Source: Lingula anatina (Eukaryota > Animalia > Brachiopoda). From it: a stretch of DNA of 64,000 nt. A program made the translations under genes and the position numbers. The DNA is taken from the NCBI GenBank assembly GCA_051362555.1, contig CM120647.1, forward strand, positions 10,230,001 to 10,294,000, in the 5' to 3' direction. Positions 49,166 to 62,100 of the stretch are shown here, one piece after another. The number at the start of each line of letters is the position of its first letter. Position 1 is the stretch's first letter. The notes under the pieces are model-generated. The model did not search any database. It saw only the letters and a program-made list of their open reading frames with translations, and had not been told where the DNA came from.

Positions 49166-52100
49166 AGAATTAGAATAAAATGTGGAATGAAATGTTTAAG
49201 CAAAGTGACAAACATTGAAATTATATAATACATGACATAATGTTTGTTTTTTTTTTACAAATTTATATATCCTTTTACTCTCATAATAAAATGTTGAAAG
49301 AATCAAAATATGACATGACAAACACCTTTCAGAAGTAACAGATTTTAAGGAATTTTATTTGTCATTCCAGAAAGCGTCAGAACTTCACGATCATCCAAAT
49401 ACGACCAGGAGGAAGAAGAGCGTGAGAAAAAGAGACCAGATCCCATAGCTGAGGAGAAGTCAAGAGAATCTGAAGATGCAGAGACGATCAAGTCCGAGGG
49501 CAGAGGCACAGAGGGAACAACTGGGAAAGCAGATGACAGCGAGGATGCACACTCTGTGAGGTCCAGCGCCTCCTCGACCCACTCAAAGAAATCTGATCAG
49601 TCAGTAAAATCTGAGAAAAGTGACCGATCTGTGAAATCAGAGAAAAGTGATCGTTCTGTGAAATCAGAGAAAAGTGATCGTTCGGTGAAATCTGAGAAGA
49701 GTGACCGATCTGTTAAATCAGAGAAAAGTGATCGTTCTGTGAAGTCTGAAAAGACTGACCGCTCTGTGAAATCAGAGAAAAGTGACCATTCTGTGAAGTC
49801 TGAAAAGACTGACCGCTCAGTGAAATCTGAAAAAAGTGACAGGTCAGCAAAATCAGCCAAGAGCGATCGTTCAGCAAAGTCCGACAGAAGTGACAGAACA
49901 GTGACCTCACAAAAAAGTGATCGATCGGTGAAATCGGACAAGAGCGATGCTACTATCAAATCTGAAAGAAGTGATAGATCAGTCAAATCTGACAGAAGTG
50001 ACCATTCCAAAAAATCTGATAGGTCAAACAAGTCGGACCGATCAGATAGGTCAAAGAAATCTGATAAATCAGATGTTTCAAAGAAATCAGAGAGATCACA
50101 AAGGAGCATCAAAGAAGAAGAAAAACCAGTCACCCATGCAGCAGAAGAAGCAGACGACACTGCAAGTGTCAGATCTGAAGGAAAGGCCGAGTCCATAGTT
50201 TCTGTCAAATCAGAAGGAAAAGCAGAGTCTGTAAGATCAGAAGGAAAAGCCGAGTCAGTGAAATCAGAGAAAGCCGAGTCAGTGAGATCAGAAGAAAAGG
50301 CCGAATCTGTCAGATCTGAAACCAAAGCAGAATACGTCAAGTCAGAAGATAAAGCAGACTCTGTGAAATCAGAAGAGATGGGAAAGACACCAAAAATGGA
50401 GGAGATGGAAGATGACAGAGAAACAGTGAAAAGTGACACAAAATCTGACAATGAAGGAGAGAAGAAAGAAGAAGAAGAAGACAGGAGGAGCAGTGATGAA
50501 GAGAAAGTAGCCGAGGCCATGGAAAGTGTGCTGAAGTCGGATGCCTCTGATAAAGGTTTGTTTTTGTTGAATATGGTAATGATTGGATCTTTTCAATGGG
50601 AAATATTATCAGTCTTTCAAATACATAATTTTGCAATTATTAATATTTATATATTTATGTAGCATTTGTGGTGTTTTTATTAATTATAAATAGAAAAGAA
50701 CTATAGGGTAGCCTGCTATTTAATGTTTTTGTTCTAATTTTAAGAATTAATGATTAAGGAATATACAGTATCTGTTAAGTCCACAATTTCCCTGTTGAAG
50801 ATGTTGAGTAATTACAGTAACCCTATGAATGTCTTATATATGTAAATTTATACTTTTATGGGGTCTCAGTATTTTGATTGGCCCATGGAAAAAGTCCAAA
50901 AAATTCTGTCGTTTGTACATTGAATGCAGATATGCTGATTGTATATATTACTTTAAATAATTCAATATTTGAATTTGGTTTGAATTGACAAACTTATAGA
51001 AAATGTTATTTCCGATGAAACTTATTATTTGATAATATTTTGTCTTTTAGAAGACAAATCAGATTCTGAAGCAACAGAAACTGAGACTGAAACTGAAGAA
51101 GAGAAGGAGAAAGATACAACTACACCAGAGGAGACGGGCACAGCTGAAGAGACAACAACAGAGGCGGAAACTGCAGGTGAAACGGAGGCTGAGACTGAAG
51201 ATGAGAAAGGTGATTGAACCGCGGAGATTTCAGGCCCGTAGCCAGCATGGGGTACAGGGTGCTCGAATCAACTGCCCATTTTGCAAAAAAAAAAAAAAAA
51301 AAAAAGGGGGTCTGCTTTTGGTTAAATGTAATCTAGATACATGAAGATTTCATGGTAAAGGGGAACTTTTCAAAAAAAAAAAAAGAAAGAATCCTCACTT
51401 TGACATTGCTAGCTATGGGCCTGGATATAGAAATTATTTGCTCAAATTCTTTAATAAAATATGGCGGTTAGACAAAAATTCATTTAACATCACTTAGATA
51501 AATATAACATTTTTTATTTTTGTTTGATATTGTGACAGTTTTTTTATGATGGGATGTTGTTAAATATCCAAGGAAAAGGTACATGGAAACAGTTAGATTA
51601 GTTGATTTACTGACAGTTGAATTGTCATAATTTAAATTTTTAGAAAACGCCAAAAAAGAAACTTTTGAACTGAGCAGCACAAAGCTTGGCGACATTGGGG
51701 ACCAACCACCTCAAGAACGTACAGGACAAATCCGCCCCCTGGTGGAGGGAAAAACAGACATTGACCTCACTAGTGTTGCCATGACAGACGAACAGGTTGG
51801 TGCCACCTGCTGTTTTATGGGAAGATTTTTTGGAATTTTGTACTAGGAGATTGTTCTTGCAATTGAAGATTTTATACTGATCTTGAAATAAACTTTGACA
51901 GCATCTGTGGTGTTAAAACATGAAATTTGAAAAAAAAAAAAGGTCATATTGAGGCGTGGAACTTCATATTACTACAGGCTACTGTTTTTACAACTTCTAC
52001 ATGATATTCTCAACAATTGTATTCAGTTGTGTACAAATTGAATTATATTTAAATTAAATAGATGTGATAAATTTATTTTATTTGTTCACTTCAGGTGAAA

Positions 52101-55100
52101 GAACTAAGTGGCATCTTGGCAGAAAAATCTGATGCTAAATCCATAAACCTCAGGAATGGAACAATGAATGATGACCAAATGGAAGAATTTGCCGCTGCTT
52201 TGAAGCAGACGCCGTCCAAAGTTGAGGTTGGTCACAGGATTAATATTTATAACAGTGGTGATTGGCTACTTTTAGCAACTTAAATACAATGGATTTGATT
52301 GGTCAAATTACAGAACCTAATTTGCCTGTCATTGAATGCACATAACCTTTACTGTCAATAATCATAATTGTATATTGTAGAATGTATCCTTCTGTATCTT
52401 TCTTTTCTTCAAAATTTTCTCATTGTTGTGCTCTTCAGTGTAGATTAATTGTAAATGTTGTACAGTATGTGTGATAATTTTCTTCATATATTTATATGTT
52501 ACCGAAGAAACAACTTTTGTTCCTCTACTAGTCTTTTCATTCTCTCATATTGGTCATATTTTTCACATATAGGGGGCAGGTAAGGATTCGTTTGTATATC
52601 TTCACAATAAAGACAGGCCCATCTTACTTTCTCTCTCCCCCTTGCCTTAGGATCTGTTGTTTGGAGAAGTTCTTAACATTTTTGTAACTTTGAATTTCAA
52701 ACAAGCAAAATTCTGTATATATTGAAGTACATTGATACACTACATGCATATGATTGATAAAGTTTTATCAGAATTTTGAAATTATTTTATAAACGGCAGT
52801 TCTTAGGCTCCCTAGTACAATCCATACTTTTGTTCTTTATCGTTGGGTTAGAATTTTAGTTGCTGATGGCCAGCGGACATGTAGTCATTTTGGGTTTTTA
52901 TATTTGCAATTTTGGTACCCTATCCCCAATTTAGCATGGTAGAGTCTTTGAGTTGTGTCAAGGTTTAGAAAAGATAGCATGATATTTGTGCAGTATCTAG
53001 TTGAACCCAACACCCAATAAAAGCATGAACCAATGCTTCATCACAACACACGCTTGGTTAGAAACATAAATGATAATTATAAATTAAAAGTGATAAATAT
53101 AGATTAAAAGTTAATATAAAAGTTATCAGAAAAAGTTTATTTCTTGGCCTTGTTAAGTGCTGCGTGGTGCTTTTTCTTTTGTTGACTGGAAATATAATGA
53201 ACATATTTTTCCATAATGCATAATGAATTATATGTTTTATAGAAATGAATGAAGCATAAAAACTATTTGTAAAAGGCTTGAAAACTAATACATAAGATTT
53301 GTCTATGTTGAATTTATCTTAATGTATTTATCACTATATTTTTGCATTTGTAAGCATAAGTAGTGTAAAACAAAAGAAAATATGAAAAAATAATTGAATT
53401 TTAATGAAGGTAACCTTTTAATCAAGAGAGTTAAACCTGACCAATGCAAGCTTCCCTTCTACATTCTTTTCAAATTAACAATTTCATGTTTTTTAGATAC
53501 TGGTATATTGTTATTATATTTTTTATTTCATTTTCAGTTAAAATTGCCAATGCATGTACATTCATCTGACAATATCTGCAACTTAGTGCCATCTTGAAAC
53601 TTTAAGAAAGCACCCTGAGTTTTGTTGTTCTGGTGGGGATTCTTTTTCCTGAGACATATGCTCTCTAGTTAAAAGAGTGATTCTTCAGTAGACATAAAAC
53701 TCGGGGTACAACTGTCATGTCTCTGACACTTTAAGCCCCCCTCCCCCCCATACTTTACTAAAAGTGTGTCGACCTTGTTTTGCGCCCCGAGAGTCCTGCA
53801 TGCTTTATGTGTGTATAAGTAGTATATCCTCCTTTCCAGCTCCTCAACCTGAACCTGAACAAACTGGGTCCGCGGGGTGTGAGTGTGCTGGTTGAAGCAC
53901 TCAAGGAGACTCCATCGCTTCAAATATTACTGTAAGAACTAACAACATTGATGTGCTCTTTTTTTTTCTTCTCTGTGAGTTCTTACCAGCATGTAGAGGT
54001 TTTGTGATGGTTTTGTCTTTAAAATGTCATTTGGGCAAAGGCTTACTGAAGTGCCTTTTTTTTCAGTAATCCATTGTCAAGTAACTGACGAAATATTATT
54101 TAATAACTAGTATTTATATATTAATTGATAATTAATGTTTATATAATCAATAATTAATATGCTGGTATGAACCATTTATTTATTGTTCTCATAGACTGCT
54201 AATTTTGATGATTTGAACCTTGAAAATCAGGGTTATCAGTGAAAAGAAAATGATAAAAAAAAACTATCGATTTTTGTAATTGGACCAAGTAAAATTACAG
54301 AAAATATTATTTTTTTGCAAATTATAATTATTATTATTTTGTCACTTATTTTGGGGACAAACTGTTTTATTTTCTAATGATTATATAATAAAATTTTGGC
54401 ATGTTTAAATCTGTGCCAATGGATTAAGTTGTCTCTATTTTAGATAACTTAAAGCATGATAATCCTGCTTTACAAAGGTTTCTTGTGCTCTTTTATTAAT
54501 TGTGGTAACACCTCTCAAGTATTAAGAGTACTTCTGAAAGCATGCATAACTTGTTCTTTGTCTTACATTGAAAATTCATAAAGCGGCTGTCTAGATTTTA
54601 ACACGGTGACAGTTATTTAAATATATTAATGTTGAAACAATCTTTGGGTATTAAATTTCATGTGATATAGTACTCTACCTTAATATATTTTGTTTGCAAA
54701 TACTATATAAATGGTGGAAAACCATTGTCCCCATTGTCTTGTGCTCTTTTATTAATTGTGGTAACACCTCTCAAGTATTAAGAGTACTTCTGAAAGCATG
54801 CATAACTTGTTCTTTGTCTTACATTGAAAATTCATAAAGCGGCTGTCTAGATTTTAACACGGTGACAGTTATTTAAATATATTAATGTTGAAACAATCGT
54901 TTATTAATTGTGGTAACACCTCTCAAGTATTAAGAGTACTTCTGAAAGCATGCATAACTTGTTCTTTGTCTTACATTGTAAATTCATAAAGCGGCTGTCT
55001 AGATTTTAACACGGTGACAGTTATTTAAATATTTTAATGTTGAAACAATCTTTGGGTATTAAATTTCATGTGATACTCTACCTTAATATATTTTGTTTGC

Positions 55101-55943
55101 AAATACTATATAAATGGTGGAAAACCCAGGTTTTTTGAGGGGGGGGGGGGGGGGGGGGGACAAAGGTTTAAAAAAATCCAATTGGCCCTGTCATCCCTTT
55201 CCCTGAGGTGATATGTAGAAGAAGCTATATTATTTTTTTTTCAATTCTCCAGGCTGAATGATAACCCACTGGGTGATGATGGGGTGGTGGCCCTTGCGGA
55301 AGGATTGGCAGCCCCAGAAATAGATGAAGTTGAACAGCAGAAGAAAATGGAGAAGAAGCAAATCAATAAACTAGCAAAACATATGGTCTCCCATGCCATT
55401 GATGACGCACTGCGATCGCCATCTTTAAGTTCTTTGGTCAGCAGGGGGAGTGTGGACCACCGACACGACAGCGCCTCCAGCGCCAGCAGCAGTGTGAGTT
55501 TATACAGAGGCGCACAGCTTCACGAACTGGATCTTGGGTCATGTGACATAAAGCTAGATGGCGCCACAGCTGTGTCTCGCTTACTGGCCCAAGACAACAG
55601 CATCAAAGTCCTCAATTTAAGTGGCAATCGCTTCATCAGCACTGATGGTTGGAAGAGGATTGGGGAGGCCCTGAAGAAGAATGACACGCTGAAGACGCTT
55701 GCAGTCAACTCTTGCATGATGGGAAATGCAGGCCTGATGGCGTTGTGTGACGGTATCAAAGAGAACAAGTCCCTGCGCACCATCGATCTTGAAGACAACG
55801 ACATCAGAGATGTGTCCGCTCTCAAGTTGAGGGAGGCCATTAAAGGCAACAAAAATATCCTAGAAGTTATGCTTGGGCCAAACAATGGCATCAGTAAAAG
55901 TATTGTCTCAGATATCAAAGATATTTTGAAAGAGAGGCAGTAA
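38506..55943 (+). CDS. ERICH3: Glutamate-rich protein 3-like (DUF4590) with Ser/Lys/Asp repeat tract and C-terminal RI-type LRR domain, 19 exons, ~1421 aa
   Basis: Exons 38506-38525 (MSH), 41260-41353 (LATYNSLMDRHLAGYF), 41733-41930 (LAQAIVHKTLDMER), 43321-43536, 43781-43930, 44413-44640, 44958-45162 (EIIVEQQHCGGNTL), 45608-45794 (SRRHRGYPFSLTFYING...RLSVCCEYKH...CYR), 46078-46190, 46474-46560, 47388-47537, 48653-48700, 48958-49116, 49371-50555, 51051-51209, 51644-51795, 52095-52226, 53840-53931, 55253-55943. All phases are compatible (4266 nt). The N-terminus and DUF4590 motifs match ERICH3 as I recall it. Confidence 0.85.
38903..39391. mobile_element. Non-autonomous hAT-like element, 5-bp TSD ATAGG
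   Basis: atagg|cagggccgtagcc ... ggctacggccctg|atagg. A minus-strand remnant AEERLGGLALL resembles the hAT C-terminal dimerisation region. Confidence 0.75.
51231..51423. mobile_element. Small hAT-like MITE
   Basis: gattt|caggcccgtagccagca ... tgctagctatgggcctg|gatat. Confidence 0.6.
54481..55125. repeat. Recent local tandem triplication (~160-260-bp units) in the last ERICH3 intron
   Basis: ttattaattgtggtaacacctctcaagtattaagagtacttctgaaagc... occurs nearly identically at ~54493, ~54750 and ~54901. Confidence 0.9.
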
Positions 55944-57544
55944 TTAAGGGAGGACTGTGAGTTACCGGTTTGGCACCGTCATATTTCTTGGTCACATTAA
56001 TTGCTTAAAGTCATTGGTCAAATACTGCTATTAACAATGGTATTGTGATAGAACTTACTTGCAGCAAAATAAGTGATATATTGTATTTTGTATGAGAGCA
56101 TATGTTGGCATCGACAATGGGGAGGGGAGTTAGAATTCAGTTTTTGTCCACATTTTGGACTAGTACTTAGGATTTCTATGTTATGGTGTTATATTGGTCT
56201 ACAGTAAAAAATGGAAAATTTAGTTGGTTTTGAAAATTTACCAACACAATTTTTTTTCACTTTGAAAATTTCATCACACTTGAAATGGACCTCTCCATAA
56301 TTTTGAAAAGTTTGTCGTCAATATGGGTGTGTCAGATTCACAAATTTTTAACTATTAATAATTTTCAAGTGATGAAATTTTCTCAAGGTTTTACCATTTA
56401 CAGTGATGCTATGCTGTGATGAAATGTGAAAAGGGCTAATGATTGTTGATGTTGTATTGAACTTGGAGGGAGGGGGGGTGGGGAGGGAGATGATGAGGAT
56501 GATATGATAAGCAAGGGTTGAGTACTCCATTTTGTTGATAGAATCAGGATCTGGTTGTGCTGTTTATTAGGTATGCAGGCATACCTCTTAGTCTAGCAGA
56601 TTTCTCCCTTTTAAAACCCCTTCTTTTTAGACTCCAGTACAGAATGGTTCTGTTCAACATAATTTTAATTGTTTAAGACATTTATCGGAAAGGCCGTCTC
56701 TTACCTGAATGCTACAAACAACTTCAAATGTCTATAATCTGTTTTCTTTTGATGTTTTTTAAACGTTTTCTATGGTAGTAATGCTAGCTGTGAAAATGTA
56801 CATAATATTTATATATAATTCTGTTGGATTAGCGTGTTGATATGAGAAAGGAAGAAATAAAGAGCCATATTAATGGAGACCTTATGGAAGCTGTTAAATA
56901 TATGTACATAAAAGGGGCTTTTAAAGGGACCATATTCAGGATTTTCCTGACAAAAATACAATCAGTCACTATACTACTTTGGGTTTATTTATGTATATGG
57001 TTGTGACTTTGACGCATCAAAAAATACTAAATTGGTAGAAAAAAGGATGGGTAATCAACTTGATCTCTCTTATAAATTTTTCAAGTAGAAATTATTGTTG
57101 CATTTTTGTGTATATTAAGCATATTATACACATGCATCATATTTGGCTTTTACAACTTTTTAAGGAATTGATAAGAACAAGCTTCGTATCCAGAAAATTA
57201 TTTACTCAGTGAGCATTGCTTAAATATATTCAATTATGTAATCTTATTAACATGGACCCTTTCCTACATAACTCAAGGTTATTATATATACGCACTACAC
57301 CCAGAGATTCCGAGTTTTCTCTCAATCTGTTCCACTTGCATCTAAAACTAGGAACGGACACAGAAACTATAATTCAGGGTTGATATATCTTGCTCTTTCC
57401 TCTTCAAGGTTGTGGATGAGCCTGATATGAGGCATTGTTTTTTTTACCTTTCTTTTGAACATTTTTTGTAGATTTTATCAATTAAATGTTTATTGCTTTA
57501 TCACAATTTTCTTATTTTGATATATTATTTAATATAGGGTAAGT

Positions 57545-57581
<37 letters not shown>

Positions 57582-59124
57582 TAGTAAGCAGAACACACAT
57601 TCAAAACTTTAAAAACATACAATGTTATTTAAATAAAATATTTTCACGAATTTATATTAAAATTCTTGAATGAAACTAAATGTAAGTTTTAAAAATGATT
57701 TTAGTGGTCCGATAAGTCCTATCAATACAAACGTTTGAATCTACTACTGAAATTCCTGAATGCCAATATTCTCTTGGAATTATATATTGTACAGAAGATA
57801 AATGTATGGTAATTTATTTTTTTCAATGGGGAAAATTAGTCTTTATTATTATTAAGGTAGATTCTGTAAAATCCACATTTCACCCATTGAAAATATCGAG
57901 TAAATATCTTCTAGTTGATGCAGACAGGATGAGATCTCAAGTTGCAGATGGTCATAGAATTCAGATGTAATGAATTATTCTCTTATCTTTATAAATGCAT
58001 TGTAAATGTGACAATCATTGCCAAATAAAGTTATATTCAGCGCTGCATGTTTGCCTTTTGACAGTTCTCTTTGTTAGATCTCTGCTTCAACATTTATTAA
58101 AAAATTTTAAAGAAGAGTATATTTACAAGTATTTCAGATCTTGAACGATCAAGTTGGAAAATTTGCATCACAAATTTAAGCTGTTTTCAACGTAGTCGTT
58201 TCTTGAACTGAAAGCCTAGCATGCTATTAATACAGCACTTGAAAATTACCCCTCAAGTTTACGAAGTTATGCCTGTCCATGATGTTTAAAATCCAACCAA
58301 TTCTTACTTTCCACCATCAGAATTATACTGAGGCAAACTGCTCAAAAATGGGAATAAACCCCAAAGGAACATGATTTTACATCCGTTTTATTTCCAATTG
58401 TTAAGTAACAAATTAATATATAATTCAGTTGACCTCCCAGGTTGACTCTCTTTAATTCTAAATGATTATAATTCATTGAAATAGCAGTAATAAAGTATAA
58501 ATTGTTGCAGCTGCATCACCACCCTATTTAGGATGCTACATGTATAATTTAGTGATACTATTTTAAGCAAGTGTAATACACAATTCAAATTCTTTCATAT
58601 TAACAAACCATTTTTTAAAAGATGACTCATAACATCTTCATCAAAATGTCTCTCTCAAAATAAATCGAAAACAGTTACGTTTCATAGTGTATTTGTGTCC
58701 GTCTTAGATGTTCCTATTCATATTTGAAGACCGGGAAAAAAGGATGGCAAATCATTTTTGCCACTGGAAGAGCATTATTGCGTTAGACGTGCCAGTGGAT
58801 GTGACATTCAAGCAGAAAATGTGCCTATTGTGTTAGGTGAGACAACTGGTTGTGACACCATTGCTCTCTGCGTAAGTGTACCTGAATCATTATAAATACT
58901 CCTGTATTAATCTATAATCTACTATGCATATATGACTGGAATAGTCCACCGCAAGTTGTACATTGCTGATGATTATAGTAAAAATAATAATAATAACGAT
59001 ATATCATTGTATCACACATATTTGATCCATTTTTAAATGCCTCAAGCTGTATATAATGTGGCATTATTTTTGTAGTCTAAGTAATCACTCTCGAAGTCTT
59101 TCTAAATCCTTGCACGATGGCTGA

Positions 59125-62100
59125 CTATTGCTGGAGGTCGGAGCAATCTGTGACCAATTTTTTGCCGTCAAAGGTGGTCTTAAACTGCTCTGGTACTGCA
59201 AATTCCAACTGAAACAAAAACAAAAAAGTTTTGGTAAGAGGTGCAGTATTGAGATTACATTGCAATCACTGATTCACATTTTGAGCTTATCCGCATTATA
59301 AAACAACAAATGGTTAAGGTACTACCTAGGTAGTCAATCCCAAGGATGCAAAGTAAGGTGGAGGGAAGAAAATTCAACCATGTTGTCATTCAGTTTGCCA
59401 TCATGGCATGGGATAATTTCCCAACTTCACATTGGATTGCTAGGCAGTTTGTTGCCTTCAACATGGAAGAGCTCAAGACAAGCCATATCAAATTCAACAA
59501 GTTTAATAAGTTTCAAAAGACTTCAAAATATAATTAATACATGAAATCAAATTTAAAAAAAAAAAGGAGACTATAAATCCACCTAAACACAGAATCATCA
59601 ACCATTATGTTTCATTCTAAACACAACTTACATAGTCTCCATCAGGTCCAGGCACCAGGATATTCATCTCAGAGGACTTGGCGGTGATGAACTCGGTGTT
59701 CATAGAGTCCTTACTGAGATACATCTGGAAGCCGTCTGTCTTGTCCACGCTGACTGTATGAACATGACCGTTGACCTGAGGGAAATGGACGGTTCATTAA
59801 ATACTAGTCACTAAAGGAGTTGACCACTGAACGCGATTTACAAAAATGCATTACACTATCACTATCAAGGTGTAACTGATATATAATTAAACTCTTGTAT
59901 GTCAATGACCATGAATAGCTGTAACTGACTTTTTCCACTGCTTGGGCTTCGAACAATGAGATAAATGTATGTCAGAATGACCAACTTTTTTTGTACATAT
60001 TAAATTTCTTGAAGAATTCTTTCAAAAAGAGTGCATTTAGAAACCTGAGTGAGTATATACTACAATGTCTAATTACTAGGCAAAAGTTATTATTTTTTTT
60101 TTCTAATTTCAATCCTCATCCATCTCACCTGAGCCTGCACACTTTGACAGTTGACAAATTCCACACAGGAGACCACATCATCAAACACCAGTGCCGTCTT
60201 CTTGCAGTTATCTGCAAACAAACATACACACAAATAAATAAATAATTAATTAATCAAAATAAATAAATAATCATTGATTAAAATTAACAAATATTGTGCA
60301 AAATGCCTTTCTTTCATTTCAATCTAATATCATTGTTCTGAAAAAGAGTTGTAGACTTGAAGTTCCCCTTTCAAAAAAAAAATACAGCAAAATTTCTAAT
60401 GGTCCCTTAACAATTTTCGTCCCTCTCAACCATCACTATATATTTCACTGTCACTTCACCATGTCTCTTCAAACTTTACCATAAACGAGATAAAACCATG
60501 GATGAGACTGCGATTTAGTGAAAAAGTCTGAAAAAATGTCCAGGGGGCCAGGATATGAAGATCTGCATCGATATCAAAATGGCATTTTTAGCTCCCAAAC
60601 AGTCTGAAATGTGCAAACAGTACAAAAAAATCTCATTACTGTAAAATGGGATATTTTTGTACTCACCCATGACAATAGAGTTCACTTTTCCCTTGACTTG
60701 TAGAGTACTGTCCACACACTTGAACATGTAAACCACCTGTTTCAGTTCCACGTCACTGATCACCAAGTTTCGGTTGCCTTTGTGGTGTTCCTGATATACA
60801 AAGACAAAATTCACAATTATTTACACGTAATTATATCAAACAACATAGAGAAAATGTTAACACTCCATCTCTGAACAAAATGCTACAGTTAACTGTGTGA
60901 TGTTCTTGGACACAAATAAATTAAAGGGGTTGTTCATGGGATTTTAACTTATATACATTGTCAAATACCCTTTTACAATGTCAAAAGGCAAGTTGTGTCT
61001 TTTTAGGCACTGATGTTACTGCCACTGCCCTCAGAAATGGAACTGCTGCAACAAACTGTGGTGTGCAACTTTCAGAATCCTTAAAAAAAAGAGAAATTCA
61101 TCAAGAAGACAACTTACCACAATCCACTTCTTTCCTTGTAGCTCTAAAACTGGGGGTTTCTCTGCTGCTTTGGCAGCTACTGGAGCTGGAACAGGGGCTT
61201 TCTTGGCTGGAGCGCCTCCTGGAGGTTTGAAAGGCTGGGCCCCAATCCTGAGGCCGGGGTTCTTGTGAGTCTTCTGGTCATCTGTGACTTTCTTCAGCCC
61301 TGAAAATTTGGATTCAAATTGTTAACTTAAGTTGCTCATATATTTGTATCATTAAAATTCATTAAGGTTACAGCTTTAAATAAAAGCAAAAGCTCATTAT
61401 TTTTTACCTTTTTTTCTTTGAGCTGAAAGATCTTTTCCAAATACTGTTTCTGACAATAATTTACAGTGTTTCCCCTGGCTTTCAAGCTCTGCGAGCTGGT
61501 AAGCAATCTGCGATCCCAGCAATACTAGGGGGGTCCGGGGGCATGCCCCCCCGGAAAATTTTTTTAATCGAGGTGCAATTTGGTGCATTTTAGGGTATTT
61601 AGAACTGATTTTTTTACATTTTAAGTGGCACTGAATTGTCTTGTTTTGAGGAGTAAATTCAGTAAAAATTGGACAAAATTTATTTTCCAGTCTGCATTCA
61701 CTCAGTTTAGTCCTTTTCAGTTTATAGAACATACTCTTTCAAAAAAAAAAAAAAAAAGTTAATACGTACAAGAAACAAGAAAAAGGGCTTACTACATTAA
61801 ATTATTTTTAAATTAACCAAAAAGTTGATAAAATATGTTGTTCTTACCGATTTCATTTCTGAAAGTAACTGGTCAATTGACATTGCGTGTGGGAGCGCTT
61901 CATCCTAATATAAAACTGCTTCAAAAAGTTCTCTCCCTTAATTGTCGTTCAGCGCAAAGCGACTCCCGCTACTAGTTATAGGCCTACGTAGTTTGAGATG
62001 TAATTTATAATCAACAACTTCAAACACCGTTAAATGAATTCTTCGGAATTAAAGAGATGAAAATCACACTTATCATCAATTTTAGTTCTTCGTTTATTCA

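Noticed and set aside
49597-50520. 307-aa antisense Ser/Asp/Phe-rich ORF
   Set aside because: It is a shadow of the repetitive ERICH3 exon on the plus strand.
51644-55943. LRR exons as an independent NLRC3/LRRC-type gene
   Set aside because: I saw no separate start or promoter, no NACHT domain, and no stop ending the upstream ERICH3 model, and the exon phases join cleanly. This is not fully excluded without cDNA.
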